A DNA stretch of 64,000 nucleotides from the human T2T-CHM13v2.0 reference genome, Homo sapiens. A program made the position numbers and the translations under genes. The DNA lies in the NCBI RefSeq assembly GCF_009914755.1, contig NC_060931.1. The stretch is one strand, 5' to 3'. The notes below the pieces were generated by a model, which did not search any database, was not told where the DNA came from, and was given only the letters and a program-made list of their open reading frames with translations. How positions within the stretch are numbered: position 1 is the stretch's first letter; each line of letters starts with the position of its first letter. This document shows positions 36,129 to 50,405 of the stretch, one piece after another.

Positions 36129-36496
36129 CTACCATACCATATTTTCTTTATCCAGTCTACCGTCGATAGGTATTTGGTTGATTCCGTATCTTTGCTATGT
36201 GAATAGTGCTGCAGTGAACATGCATGTGCATGTGTCTCTGTGATAGAATAATTTATATTTCTTTGGGTATAAACCCAATTATGAGGTGTCTGGGTCAAAT
36301 GGTAATTCTGTTTCTAGTTCTGTGAGGAATCACCACACTGCTTTTCACAATGGTTGAACTAATTTACACTCCCACAGGCAGTGTACAAGCATTCCCTTTT
36401 CCCTTCAACCTTGCCAGCATCTGTTATTAACAACAGCCATTCTGACTGGTATGAGATGGTATCTCATTGTAGTTTTTCTCTGCATTTTTCTAATGA

Positions 36497-36810
<314 letters not shown>

Positions 36811-39329
36811 CAGAGCATTTTTAAAATTTACTTTTTAGCCACATGTATGTCTTCTTTTGAAAAGCATCTGTTCATGTTTTTTGCCTACTTTTTAATAAGG
36901 TTGTTTGTGTTTTTCTTACAAATTTGTTTGTTTCTTATGGATGCTGGATATTAGACCTTTGTGAGAAGCATAGTTTGCAAATATTTTATTTTATTCTGTA
37001 GTTTGTCTGTTGATAGTTTCCATTGCTGTGAAATAGCTAGTTTAATTACATCCTATTTGTCAGTTTTAGCTTTTGTTGCATTTGCTTTTGGCATCTTCGT
37101 CATGAAATCTCTGTCAGTTTCTATGTTAGAATGGTATTTCCTAGGTTAGTCTTCCAGGGTATTTTATAATTTTAAGTTTTACATTTAAATCTGTAACTCA
37201 TGTTGAGTGATTTTTATATATGGTGTAAGAAAGGTATCCACTTTCAATGTTCTACATAGTGTTAGCTAGTTATTCTAGCATCATTTATTAAATACGGAAT
37301 TCTTCCCGCATTCCTCATGTCAGCTTTGTGAGAAGACCAAATGGCTGTAGGTGTGTGGCATTATTTCTGGGCTCTATTGTGTTGCACTGGTCTATTGGTC
37401 TGTTTTTTGTTGTTGTTGTTGTTGTTTTATTTTTATTTATTTATTTTTTACCACTACCATGCTTCTTTGGTTACTGTAGCCCTGAAGTATAGTTTGAATT
37501 CAGGTAATGCAGTGCCTCCAGCTTTGTTCTTTTTGCTTGGAATTGCCTTGGCTATTTGAGCTCTTTGTTGTTCCATATGAATTTTAAAATAGGTGTTTTT
37601 TTTTTTAAGTTCTGCTAAGAATGTTTTTGGGAGTTTGATGGGAATAATATTAGATCTGTACATTTCTTTGGGCAGTATGGCCATTTTAATAATTTTGATC
37701 TTTTCTATCCAAGAGCATAAAACGATTTTCCATTTATTTGTGTCATATCTAACTTCTTTAAGCAGTGTTTTGTAATTGTTGTTGTAGAGATCTTTCACTT
37801 TCCTGGTTAGCTGTATTCCTAAATATTCTTTTTGTAGCAATTGTGAATGAGATTGTGTTTTTGATTTGGTTTTCATCTTGGATGTTGTTGATGTAGAGGG
37901 ATGCTACTGATTTTTGTGCATTTATTTTGTATTCTGAAATTTTGCTTCAGTTATTTTTCAGTTTAAAGAGCTTTTCTGTGAGGACTATAGGCTTTTCTAG
38001 ATATGTTGTCTGCAAACAGGGATAGTTTGACTTGTTTGCTTACTATTTGGATGCCTTTTATTTTTGTCGCTTGCCTGATTGCTCTAGTGAGGACCACCAA
38101 TTCTATGTTGAATAGGAGTGGTGAGAGAAAGCATCCTAGTCTTGTGCCAGTTTTCATGGAGAAATGCTTCTAGCTTTGTCCATTCCATATGTTGGTTGTG
38201 GGTTCCTCATAGATAACTCATTATTTTGAAGTATGTAGCTTCAGTGCCTACTTTGTTGAGGGCCTTTAATTATTTTAATGCGAAGGATGTTGAATTTTAT
38301 TGAAAGCTTCTTCTGCATCTATTGCGATAATCTTGTGGTTTTTGTCTGTATTTCTGTTTATGTGATGAATCACATTTATTGATTTGTGTATGTTGAACCA
38401 ACCTTATATGCCAGGGATAAAGTCTACTTGATCATAGTGGATTAGCTTTTATGATGTGCTGCTGGATTCAATTTGCCAGTATTTTGCTGATGATTTTTGC
38501 ATAAATGGTCATCAAAGATATTGACCTGAAGTTTTCTTTTTTTGTTATATCTCTGTCAGGTTTTGGTATCATATGATACTGTTCTTATATAATGAGTTGG
38601 GAAGAGTGCCTTCTCAATTTTTTGGAATAGTTTTAGAAGAAATGGTACCGGCTCTTCTTTGTACATCTGGTAAAATTCAGCTGTAAATCTCTCTGGTCCT
38701 GAGCCTTTTTTGGTTGCTTGGCTATTTATTAGTAATTTAGTTTTGGAGCTTGTTATTGGTCTATTCAGGGATTCAATTTCTTTTTCTGCTCAGTCTTGGG
38801 AGGATGTATTTGTTCAGGAATTTATCCATTTCTTTTAGATTTTCTAGTTTGTGTGCATAGAGGTGTTCATAGCAGACTTCAACAGTTGTTTGTGTTTTTG
38901 TGGGGTCAGTGGTAATGCTTCTTTTGTCATTTCTAATTGTGTTTATTTGGATCTTGTCTTTGTCATGAATCTAACTAGTGGTTTATTTAACTTATTAATT
39001 TTTTCAAAGATTTAACTCCTAGGTTTCTTGATCTTTTGTATAGTTTTTCATGTCTAAATTTCCTTTGGTACAGATGTGATTTTGGTTATTTCTTGCCTTC
39101 TGCTAGTTTAGAAGTTGGTTTCCTCTTGCTGCTCTCATGCTTTTATTTATAATGTTAGTTTGTTAAATTGAGATCTTTTTAACTTTTTAATGTGAACATT
39201 TGGTGCTATAAATTTCCCTCTTAACACTGTGTCAGCTGTGTTGCAGTACTTTGTTCTCATTTGTTCCAAAGAATTTCTTGATTTCTCCCTTAATTTTGTT
39301 ATTTACCAAAAAGTCATTCAGGTGCAGGT

Positions 39330-39621
39330 GTTTGTTTTGTGAGACAGAGTCTCACTCTGTCACCCAGTCTGGAGTGCAGTGGCACAATCTCGGCTCACTG
39401 CAACCTCTGCCTCCCGGGCTCAAGTGATTCTGTGCCTCAGCCTCCTGAGTAGCTGGGATTACAGGCATGCACCACCACGCCCGGCTAATTTTTGTATATT
39501 TAATAGAGGCAGGGTTTCACCATGTTGGTCAGGCTGGTCTCAAACTCCTGACCTCAAGTGATCTGCCTGCCTCTTCCTCCCAAAGTGCTGGGACTACAGG
39601 CATGAGCCACCATGCCCAGCC
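39330..39621 (-). mobile_element. AluS
   Basis: Antisense Alu inside the old L1. Confidence 0.92.
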
Positions 39622-40018
39622 CAGGTTTTTTAATTTGTATGTAATTGTATGGTTTCAAGTGGTTTTCTTTGTATTCAATTATATTTTTATCAGGCTGTGA
39701 TCTAAGTTTGTGGTTGGTATAATTTTGGGATGTTTGAATTTGCTGAGAATTGTTTTATTTCTGATTGTGGTCAGTTTTACAGTATGTGCCATATGGTGAT
39801 GAGAAAAATGTATATTATGTAGTTTGTAGATGAAGAGTTTTGTAGCTGTCTATTAGGACTATTTGGTCAAGTGTTACATTTAGGTCCTGATATCTTTGTT
39901 AATTTTTTGCCTCAGTGATTTATTAGTGTCTGTGGGGTGTTGTAGTCTCCCACTATTACTGTGTCAGAATCTAAGTCTCTTTATAAATCTCTAAGAAATT
40001 GCTTTATTCATGTGCACC

Positions 40019-41343
<1,325 letters not shown>

Positions 41344-42520
41344 GGATGTCCAGGAGTTCAAAAACATGTCCAGAGACCTGTCTGTTGTAGGAGAAAATAA
41401 AAATTAGAAATAAGAGGCTTTATTCTCCTATGTGAAAAATAAGGGAGGATATTTTGCTAATCTCTTTTTTCTTAAAGGATTTAAATTATACATAGATTTT
41501 TGTCTTTGTTGTTTTGAACGATACATAAATTATATTAACAGCTAAATAAATTTTTGGTCATTGTTCTTGATTTGGGATTGTCTTTATCTGAGACCTCAGG
41601 TTTATTGCTTTGTTTTTGCTTTGGCAAATTTTTTAAAATTTTTTAATCTTTTAAAGTAGACACAGATTTGTTTAAATCAAAACTCATTTTAAGAGCACAC
41701 AAAAGTTGAGCACAAAGATAGTATTAAATTTAGCAGTACTGAATAATGAGGACTAAAAAATGCTGAGTAAATTCCTTTGACAGAAAATGGATTATCCAAC
41801 GTAATTATCTAATATTTGCAGGCTAAAATACTTCCATTGCAAAAGCGAGGTTCAGTGTATGAACCGAACAGTGGAGTATGTAGTTGTTCTTTGGTTTCTA
41901 TTTATTACTTCAGAACAATTAGCATAGTTAGGTGTAGCATTTGTAGACAAACTGCATTCATATCAATTGAACAGTATTTTCTACACTAGTATAAATGTAA
42001 GGCCACAATATTTACTTTGAATGAATCCCTTAGTCATTTTAGTATTGTTATTCATACTTTCAAAACATAAAGTGTTTTAATTGAATTATGGTTACAGACA
42101 ATATTTTAAAATCCTACATACATTATGACTAGTACACTAAAATTATTTATACTTAGGTATTTTATCCAATGTGAAAGAAAATTTACTACCAAATTATTAT
42201 AGTAGATATTAGTATGATATGCTTACTAGTTTATTCAATAGAGATAATATTAGGGAAGCATGATTTTAGTGTCTTTTATTTCACTAAATTGGAATGCTGC
42301 TATTACAAGACAAATAAGGGTGATGTGGCCACTCAAAAACCATAATAGCTCTTCACTTAGCCATGATGCAAGCTCAAATATATTCCACTATATTAACAAA
42401 GTCATATTCCAATTGTTCATCAAAATGTTTTGGTGGAAATTGTCAGGCATATTCCAGTATAGATCTCCCATTCAATGGCTAGAAGATAAGAGAGCAGCAG
42501 AGATGAAAGAGGAACCTTAC

Positions 42521-42663
42521 TTTGTGTTATGGTGTAGTCTGGATTGAAGAGACAACCCAAGCAGGCTTTGTGTGAGCAGTGAGGCTATTTATTCACTTGG
42601 GTGCGAGCTCACACAAAGCCTGCTTGGGTTTTCTCTTCAATCCAGACTGTGCCATAACACACA
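42521..42663. repeat. Inverted repeat replacing the 5' LTR: antisense R/U5 (42521-42606) followed by sense U5 (42607-42663)
   Basis: Arms 42521-42577 and 42607-42663 are reverse complements with 5 mismatches in 57 nt. The loop is the reverse complement of the 3' LTR segment CACCCAAGTGAATAAA. Confidence 0.92.
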
Positions 42664-42665
42664 TT

Positions 42666-42683
42666 TGATGCTGAAATCCGGGA
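42666..42683 (+). other. Primer-binding site complementary to tRNA-Phe
   Basis: TGATGCTGAAATCCGGGA versus the Phe PBS TGGTGCCGAAACCCGGGA (15/18), 2 nt after the U5 terminal CA. Confidence 0.8.
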
Positions 42684-43075
42684 TAGGGGAACTCCTTTGG
42701 GAGTCGTGTCCCTTAACCCCTTCCCCCGACTTCTTGAAGAGACCCACCCGCGACCTCGGTACCTCGGACCAGCTCTGTAAAAGCCCCGCCTCTGCCTTCG
42801 GATAGGTAAGAGACCTCCATCCTTTCTCAAACTTTCCTTTTCTTAGAGAGGAGAGGACACTCACTGTCTGTGTTTCCTAAATCTAACATTGGTCATGGAT
42901 TATCTCTGGGAAGACAGGCTTCCCTAGGTGACTGGTCAACCACAGGGACATGTGCCTTGGCCACTCATCCACTGCACAACCCAGATGGGGACACCTGCTG
43001 AAGGTCCTTGTGGTTGCTCTCCTCCTCGTTTCTCTCTCCCTGTCTCTCTGTTTCTTCAGTCCTCCGCTGTTCATT

Positions 43076-44625
43076 ATGGGCACCCTTCCACCCTCCATTC
43101 CTCCTCCTTGTCCTTTGGACTGTGTCCTTAGGAATCTAAAACCGCTCCGTCTTTCACCTGATTTGGAACCTAAACATCTCATTTTCTTCTGTAATATGGC
43201 CTGGCCCCAATATAAATTAGACAGTGGCTCTCAGTGGCCAGAAAATGGCACTTTCAATTTCTCTATTTTGTGGGACTTAGACAACTTTTGTCACAAAATG
43301 GGCAAATGGTTTGAGGTTCCATACATCCAGGCATGTTTTACACTTCGGTCCCTCCCCAGCCCTTGTTCCCAATGCAATTTGTCTCAAATTCTCCTTCTGT
43401 CCCGCCCATCTGCTCCCCTACCACCCTCTGGCGACAGCGAGTCCTTCTTGTCCACAGACCCTTCCGATATTTCTCCTCCCTGCCCGTCCGACTCCGGTCC
43501 CAACCCTTCTCCAGACCCCAGTCCCCCTTCTACCCATACCATGCCTCCCTATATCCCTTCTGTCCCTACTCTGCCCCATACCCGAACTGGCTGACAATTT
43601 GGTCCCACTTCTAATCCCCCGCCTCCCACCCCACTATTTCCCCTTTGAGAGGTGGCTGGAGCTGAAGGGATAGTCCGAGTTCATGTTTCTTTCTCCCTGT
43701 CTGACCTGTCTCAGGTCAGCCAGTGTTTAGGTTCTTTTCCATAAGACTCCACTAAATATATCCAGGAATTTCAATATTTAACTCAGTCTTATAACCTCAC
43801 CTGGAGTGACTTAAATGTCATCCTCACTTCTACACTCACTCCTGAAGAATGGGAGGGTGTTTGGGCCCTAGCTCAGTCCTATGCAGGTGACCACTGGTGC
43901 CTTGAGCCAGGTCTCCAGGGAGGTCCCCCGTGAGGACCCCCAGTGGAACTATCAAACAGGATCTCCTGGTATGGCCGGGCGAGATTATATGATCACTTGC
44001 TTAGTAGAGGGACTCCAAAAAGCTGCGTATAAGGCTGTCAATTATGATAAGTTAAAAGAAATCACTCAGGGCAAGGACAAAAATCCAGCCCAGTTTGTGG
44101 CCCATCTGGCCATAAATCCAGCTTTAGACCCTGAAGGGCCAGGGGCCAGAAGGCCGACTCATGCATTTTATTACCCAGTCAGCTCCCGACATTAGAAAAA
44201 AACTTCAAAAATTAGAGTCTGGCCCTCAAACCCCACAACAGGATTTAATTAACCTTGCCTTTAAGGTGTTCAGTAACAGGGAAGAGGCTACCTGGTGGCA
44301 GCGTGTTTCTGAATTACAGATGCTTGCCTCCGCCGTAAGACGAACCCCAGCCACACCAATGGCCTGTAGGGATTTCAAGGCGTCCAGACCGCAGCGCCCA
44401 GCAGCCCCTCCAGGGCCATGCTTCAAGTGCCATAAAAATAGTCACTGGGCCAAGGAATGCCTGCAGCCTGGGGTTCCTCCTAAGCCATGCCCTGTTTGTG
44501 CAGGCCCTCACTGGAAGTCAGACTGTCCAACTCAAGCTGCCATCCCTAGAGCTCCTGGAGCTTAACCCCACAGCCCCCTGGCTGACTCCTTCTCTGATCT
44601 CCTCGGCTTGGCGGCTGAGGAATGA
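43076..44625 (+). pseudogene. ERV gag remnant
   Basis: Matrix (AWPQYKLD..WPENGTF), major-homology-like region (ITQGKDKNPAQF) and two NC knuckles ([27 protein letters not shown]); ends LGLAAEE-TGA at 44623-44625; multiple stops and frameshifts. Confidence 0.9.
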
Positions 44626-47600
44626 CACTGCCCGAACACCTCGGAGGCCCCATGGACCATCATGGACCTCGGGTAACTCTTAAGGTGGAGGGTAAGTCCA
44701 TCCCCTTTTTGATCGATATGGGGGCCACTCACTCCACCCTGCCCTCCTTTCAGGGACCTGTCTCCCTAGCCTCCATGACTGTTGTGGGAATTGACGGCAA
44801 AGCCTCCAGACCTCTCCAGACTCCACTTGTGTGTCAACTAGATCAGCACTCCTTTTTGCACTCCTTTTAGTCATCCCCACTTGTCCAGTCCCTCTCCTCG
44901 GCTGAGGCATCCTAACAAAACTGTCTGCCTCCCTCACTATTCCTAGGCTACAGCCACACCTCCTTGCCACCCTTCTCCCCAACCCTTCACCATCCCCACA
45001 AGCTCCTCTAACGTCTCCCTTCCTCAACCCCAGGGTCTGGGATATCATCTCTCCCTCCCTTGCTACAGATCACTCCCCCCTTATCATCCCTTTAAGGCCA
45101 AACCATCCTTACCCTGCCCAATGCCAGTATCCTATCCCTATGCCACCCCTAAAAGGCCTAAAGCCTTTTTACCCACTTTTTACAACATGGCCTCTTAGTA
45201 CCCATTAACTCTCCCATCCTTCCCTTTCAAAAACCAGACAAGTCCTACATATTAGTTCAAGACCTTCGTCTCATCAATCAGATTGTACTTTTCATCCATT
45301 CTATAGTGCCAAACCCATATACTCTCTTGTCCAGAATACCTCCCACCACTACCTATTATTCCGTTCTCAGCCTAAAAGATGCCTTCTACACCATTCCCCT
45401 ACATCCCTCCTCTCAACCTCTTTTTGCCTTCACCTGGACTGACGCTGACACCCATGAGTCCCAACAACTAACCTGGACCATTCTTCCCAGGGCTTCCGGA
45501 ATAGCCCTCATTATTTTAGCCAAGCCCTTGCCTGCGACCTACTCTCTTTTCAGCCTTCCTTTTCCTACCTCATCCAGTATGTCGATGATCTTCTCTGCAG
45601 TCTCTCCTAGGAATCCTCCCAACAGAATATCCTCCTACTCCTTCAGCATTTAGACTCTAAAGGGTACCGAATGTCCCCTTCTAAAGCTCAAATTTCTTCC
45701 CCTTCTGTTATTTATCTCAGCATAATTCTCCATCAGCACACCCGCACTCCCCCCGCTGACCGTATTCACCTAATCTCCTAGACCCCAGTCCCTTCAAAAA
45801 CAGCAGCTTCTCTCCTTCCTAGGCATCATTGGGTACTTCCACCTCTAGGTACCTGGTTTTGCCCTCTTAACAAAACCCCTTTATAAGCTTACAAAAGGCA
45901 ACCTAGCTGACCCCATAGACCCCAAACCTTCCCTCATTCATCCTTTCACTCCCTGAAAAAAGCTCTTGAGACAGCCTCCTCACTGGCGTTCCTCGACTCC
46001 ACCCAGCCCTTCTCTCTACATGGCAGAGGTAAAGGGATGTGCAGTTGGGGTCCTAACACAAGGGCCAGGCCCACGACCAGTGGCCTACTTATCTAAACTT
46101 GACCTCACAGTCCTAGGCTGGCTGCCCTGTTTACATGCTGCAGCGGCCACTGCCCTAATACTCCTAGAATCCCTCAAAATCACTGGTTACACCCCAGTTA
46201 CCCTCTATAGCGCTCACAACCTCCAGAGTCTCATTTCTTCCTCTCACCTCACACAACTACTCTCCTCCCATCTCCTCCAGCTTTATTCACTCTTTATTTT
46301 AAACCCCATGCTAACCATTGCTCTTGGACCCAGTTTCAACCCAGCCTTTCACTTAGCACCCAACACATGTCCTGAGCCACATGACTGCATCTCCTTAATA
46401 CACATGGCATCCTCCCCCTCTCCTCACATTTCTGTTTTTCCAGTCCCAAACCCAGATCACACTTGGTTTATTGATGGTAGTTCTTCAAGACCCAACCAAT
46501 TTTCGCCAGCCAAGGCAGGTTATGCTATTTGTTGTGTCCCACACATCTGTTATCGAGGCTGCTGCACTTCCACCCTCCACCACCTCTCAGCAAGCTGAAC
46601 TAATTGCTTTAACTCACGCTGTCTCTCTCTAAGGGAATGCACGTCAATATTTATACTGATTCCAGGTATGCTTTCCACATCCTTCATCACAGTGCTGCCA
46701 TCTGGGTGGAAAGAGGTTTTCTAACCACACAAGGGTCTTCCATTATCAATGCCTTTCTCATAAAGGCCCTCCTTAAGGCTGCTCTTCTGCCAGCCAAGGC
46801 TGGAGTTGTCCACTGCAGAGGATGCCAAAAACCAACAGACCCTATCACTAAAGGAAATGCCCATGCCAGTAAAACAGCAAAAGAGGTGGCAAACACCTCA
46901 GTGTCTGCAGACGTTCCAGTCTCTGCTCCAAAAGACCAGTATATTTCTTTCTCATCTATTATCCCTACCTACTACTCTTCTTCTGAAAACCTGCTCTGCT
47001 AGTCCTTTCCAACTCACAAGGCAAGTGGTTCTTAGATCATAGAAAGTTCCTTCTTCCTGCCTCACAAGCGCAATCTATTCTCTTATCCCTCCATGACCGC
47101 TTCCATGTAGGATACAAGCCTTTGGCTCGCCTCCTAGAGCCCCTTATTTCTTTCTCATCATGGAAGTCCGTCCTTAAACAATCACTTCTCAATGTTCTGT
47201 CTGCCACTCCAAGGTTTTCTTAGGCCCCCTCCTTCCCCAGCACATCAGGCCTGAGGGTTTACTACTACACAAGATTGGCAAATTGACTTCACTCATATGC
47301 CTCGTGTCAAAAAATATAAGTACCTCCTAGTTTGGGTTGATACCTTCACCAGATGGGTCGAGGCCTTCCCTACTGGATCTGAAAAGGCTGCAGCAGTTTT
47401 TACCTCTCTTCTAACAGATATTATTACCTGTTTCGGCCTCCCTACTTCCATCCAATCTGACAGTGGTCCAGCCTTCATTAGCCAAATCACCCAGGCAGTT
47501 TCCCAGGCCCTTGGCATCCAGTGGAATCTCCACACCCCATACCATCCTCATTCCTCAGGAAAGGTTGAAAGAGCCAACGGCCTCTTAAAAACTCACCCTC

Positions 47601-48081
47601 CAACTCCGAAAGGACTGGACTGTTCTCCTACCACTTGTGCTTCTCAGGATCTGAGCCACCGCCCATGAACCTACCAGGTATAGCCCATTCGAACTCTTAT
47701 ATGGTAGTACTTTTCTACTGGGGCCCAACCTCATCCCAGACACCAGTCCTCCAACAGGCTAGGAATGAAATCTGTCAGGCTGCTAACCTTCTTTTACCCA
47801 CCTCAGATACCCAGCCATATGAGGACACTCTGGCCAGACAGCCCATCCTGATAAAGAGCTTAACCCCCTGATCTCTACAACCTCAGTGGACAGGACCCTT
47901 CCTGGTCGTTTATGGTACCCCAATGGCTGTCTGCTTACAAGATCCTCCTCAGTGGATTCACCCTTCCAGAGTAAAGCTGTGTCCATCTGACACTCAGCCT
48001 GACCCTTCTTCCTCCTCTTGGAAGTCGCAAGTACTCTCCCCGACCTCGTTAAAACTCACCGAAATCCCTGAAGAAACTTAA
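44626..48081 (+). pseudogene. ERV pro-pol remnant (protease, RT, RNase H, integrase)
   Basis: FLIDMGATHS (DTG mutated to DMG), LKDAFYTIPL, QYVDD at ~45575, WFIDGSS, VNIYTDSRY, WVDTFTRWVEAFP, QSDSGPAF; many frameshifts. Confidence 0.92.
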
Positions 48082-49940
48082 ATGTCCTGCTCCTGTCCGC
48101 CCTGCTTCTTCACCCTCTTCCTCCACTCTATTTGCCAAGACATCTCCTGGTTTCATCCCCAAACTCCCACCTTAGATTCTCTCTTAAACTGGATAGATGA
48201 TCTCATCTTTTAGGGCACTCTGTATAACTTCTTCCCAGATGAGACGCCTCTGTTTACCTTCCTACTCACTCTTTATCTATCCCTCCTGCTCCTTTGGCTA
48301 CCTGGCATGGCCGCACTCCCACTTCCAGTAATGCCTAATTACCTCTACAAAACTCTCAACCCACTCTCTGTTAAACCAGTCCAACCCTTCTTTGGCAAAG
48401 GACGCTGGCTTTGCATTTCTCTATCAGCTACCACTTACGTTGCCACTCTCATTCCCACAAAAAACTGGGTAGTTACTAGCTTAACCTACCACCCTCGTAA
48501 TGAAGGAAAAAGCCCCTTCTAACTCCTACATATGCAGTCATTGGCCAACTTCTCCATCAATGAAATGACCGAAAATACCCTGACAGGTCGTGCAGTTCAA
48601 CTTTTACGCTCCTACATGTCCAGCCTCACCCATTACACAAGTAATGAAAAGCCCATACACGGCCCTGTGACTACAAACGCTGTCTTAACTTTCCAAGCCC
48701 CTTTATGCATCCAACACAACCTGTCATCAGGCCTACCTCTAGGTCACCTACTGTTCCATCAGTGCAACTACGCCTTGCAGCTTCAAGCCCCAACTGACTG
48801 TATTAACTTCCAGGTCTCCCAAACAGCTACATTCAAACAGCCTGTCCGCTTCTCAAAGCCCCCAGAAGTCATCAGCACCTCTCTGCTTAACAAACAATCC
48901 GGGTTTTGTAATGGCAGACATACGCACTGCATGACCATTCACCCCTGGACCTCCTGCAGCAGCACTCCCACCACTGACGAATGCCTCCTTATCCCCTCTT
49001 TCGATTACCCTTCTGAGTGGCTCCTAGTAGATACAAAATGATTTTTCCTCCAATGGGAAAATAAAACACAGGGAGCCACTCAGCTTATCCCAAACATCCC
49101 TTTTCAGCCGCTCACTGGGGCCGCCTTGGCAAGTACCCTAGGGGTGTGGGAAAATGAAAACAAATTCACACACCTTTTTAACATACACAGCCAGTTCTGC
49201 CTACCCAGCCAAGGCATATTCTTCTTGTGTGGAACTTCAACCTATGTCTGCCTCACCACTAACTGGACAAGCACCTGTACCCTAATCTTCCTAAGCCCCA
49301 AAATTGACATTGCCCCTGGAAACCAAACCTTACCAGTCCCTGTCAGAGCCCAAGTCCATCAGCATAGGGCTGTGCAGATAATACCCTTGCTTATAGGACT
49401 AGGAGTTACCAATGCCACAGGAACTGGAATAGCAGGTTTGTCCCCTTCCCTGTCCTACTATCATACACTCTCAAAGGATCTCTCAGACAGCCTACAAGAC
49501 ATAGCAAAATCCACCCTTACTCTCCAATCCCAAATAGACTCCTTAGCAGCAGTAACTCTGCAGAACCACCGTGGCTTAGACCTCCTAACTGTCGAAAAAG
49601 GTGGGCTATGCACCTTTTTAGGGGAAGATTGTTTTTCCACCAACCAGTCTGGACTAGTACGAGATGCTGCCTCGCAGTTAAATGAAAAGGCTTCTAAAAT
49701 CAGACAATGTCTTTCAGACTTTTAACACCAATCTTTGGAGCTGGGCGTTGTGGCTTCTCCCTATAGCTGGGCCCCTCATTTCCATCATTCTCCTTCTCCT
49801 ATTTGGACCCTGCCTCTTCCGTCTAGCCTCTCAGTTCCTACAAAATCTCATTCAAGCTATTACCAATCAATCTATGCGACAAATGCTACTCCTAACTGCC
49901 CCTCAATGTCACCCCCACCCCAAGATCTCTCTCCCAATTA
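48082..49940 (+). pseudogene. ERV env remnant (SU and TM)
   Basis: Fusion peptide AVQIIPLLIGLG, immunosuppressive domain LQNHRGLDLLTVEKGGLC, membrane anchor LISIILLLLFGPCLF; interrupted by stops and frameshifts. Confidence 0.9.
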
Positions 49941-50031
49941 GGAGTCCATGCCGCCCCAAGTCCCGCTCGAAGAATCCCTGAGAAACATCACCCCGTCCAC
50001 TTCTTTTCTTATTAAAACAAAAAGACAGGAA

Positions 50032-50405
50032 TGTCATATCCCACAAATATGGCTGCATTATTGCCAGCAGGCCATTATTGACGGTGGGCCATTAAGAACT
50101 CTGTGACCGGCACATATGCCTCCAGACTTCCTGGAACCAGAAAACCTGCAACAACCAAAAACCACAAAAGAAGAACAACGGGTTTCTGTTCCAACTGGGG
50201 TTGATCAACTTCTTGAGTCAACAAGTCCCAAAACCATGTTGTAATTTTCCACCCGCCACTTTGCCCTGTAAAGACTGCTCTCCCTCACACCTCCGGGCTG
50301 ACTCCCTTTTCCGATTCAGCCCACTAACACCCAAGTGAATAAACGGCCTTGTTGCTCACACAAAGTCTGCTTGGGTCTTCAATCCAGACCACGCTGTAAC
50401 ACACA
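50032..50405 (+). mobile_element. 3' LTR of the provirus
   Basis: Preceded by the PPT AAAAGACAGGAA; TG start at 50032; AATAAA at 50338-50343; ends ...TAACACACA like the 5' U5, followed by the TSD CTTAC. Confidence 0.9.

Larger units (their letters stand above)
42521..50405 (+). mobile_element. Near full-length class I (gammaretrovirus-like) endogenous provirus, HERV-H/F supergroup (tRNA-Phe primed), with an aberrant 5' end
   Basis: PBS, gag-pro-pol-env remnants, PPT and 3' LTR in order; 5-bp TSD CTTAC at 42516-42520 and 50406-50410. Gag start MGTLPPSIPPPCPLDCVLRNLKPL resembles HERV-H Gag. Confidence 0.93.

Noticed and set aside
43076-49940. Functional or domesticated retroviral gag, pol or env gene
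   Set aside because: All three are broken by multiple stops and frameshifts; the protease active site reads DMG.
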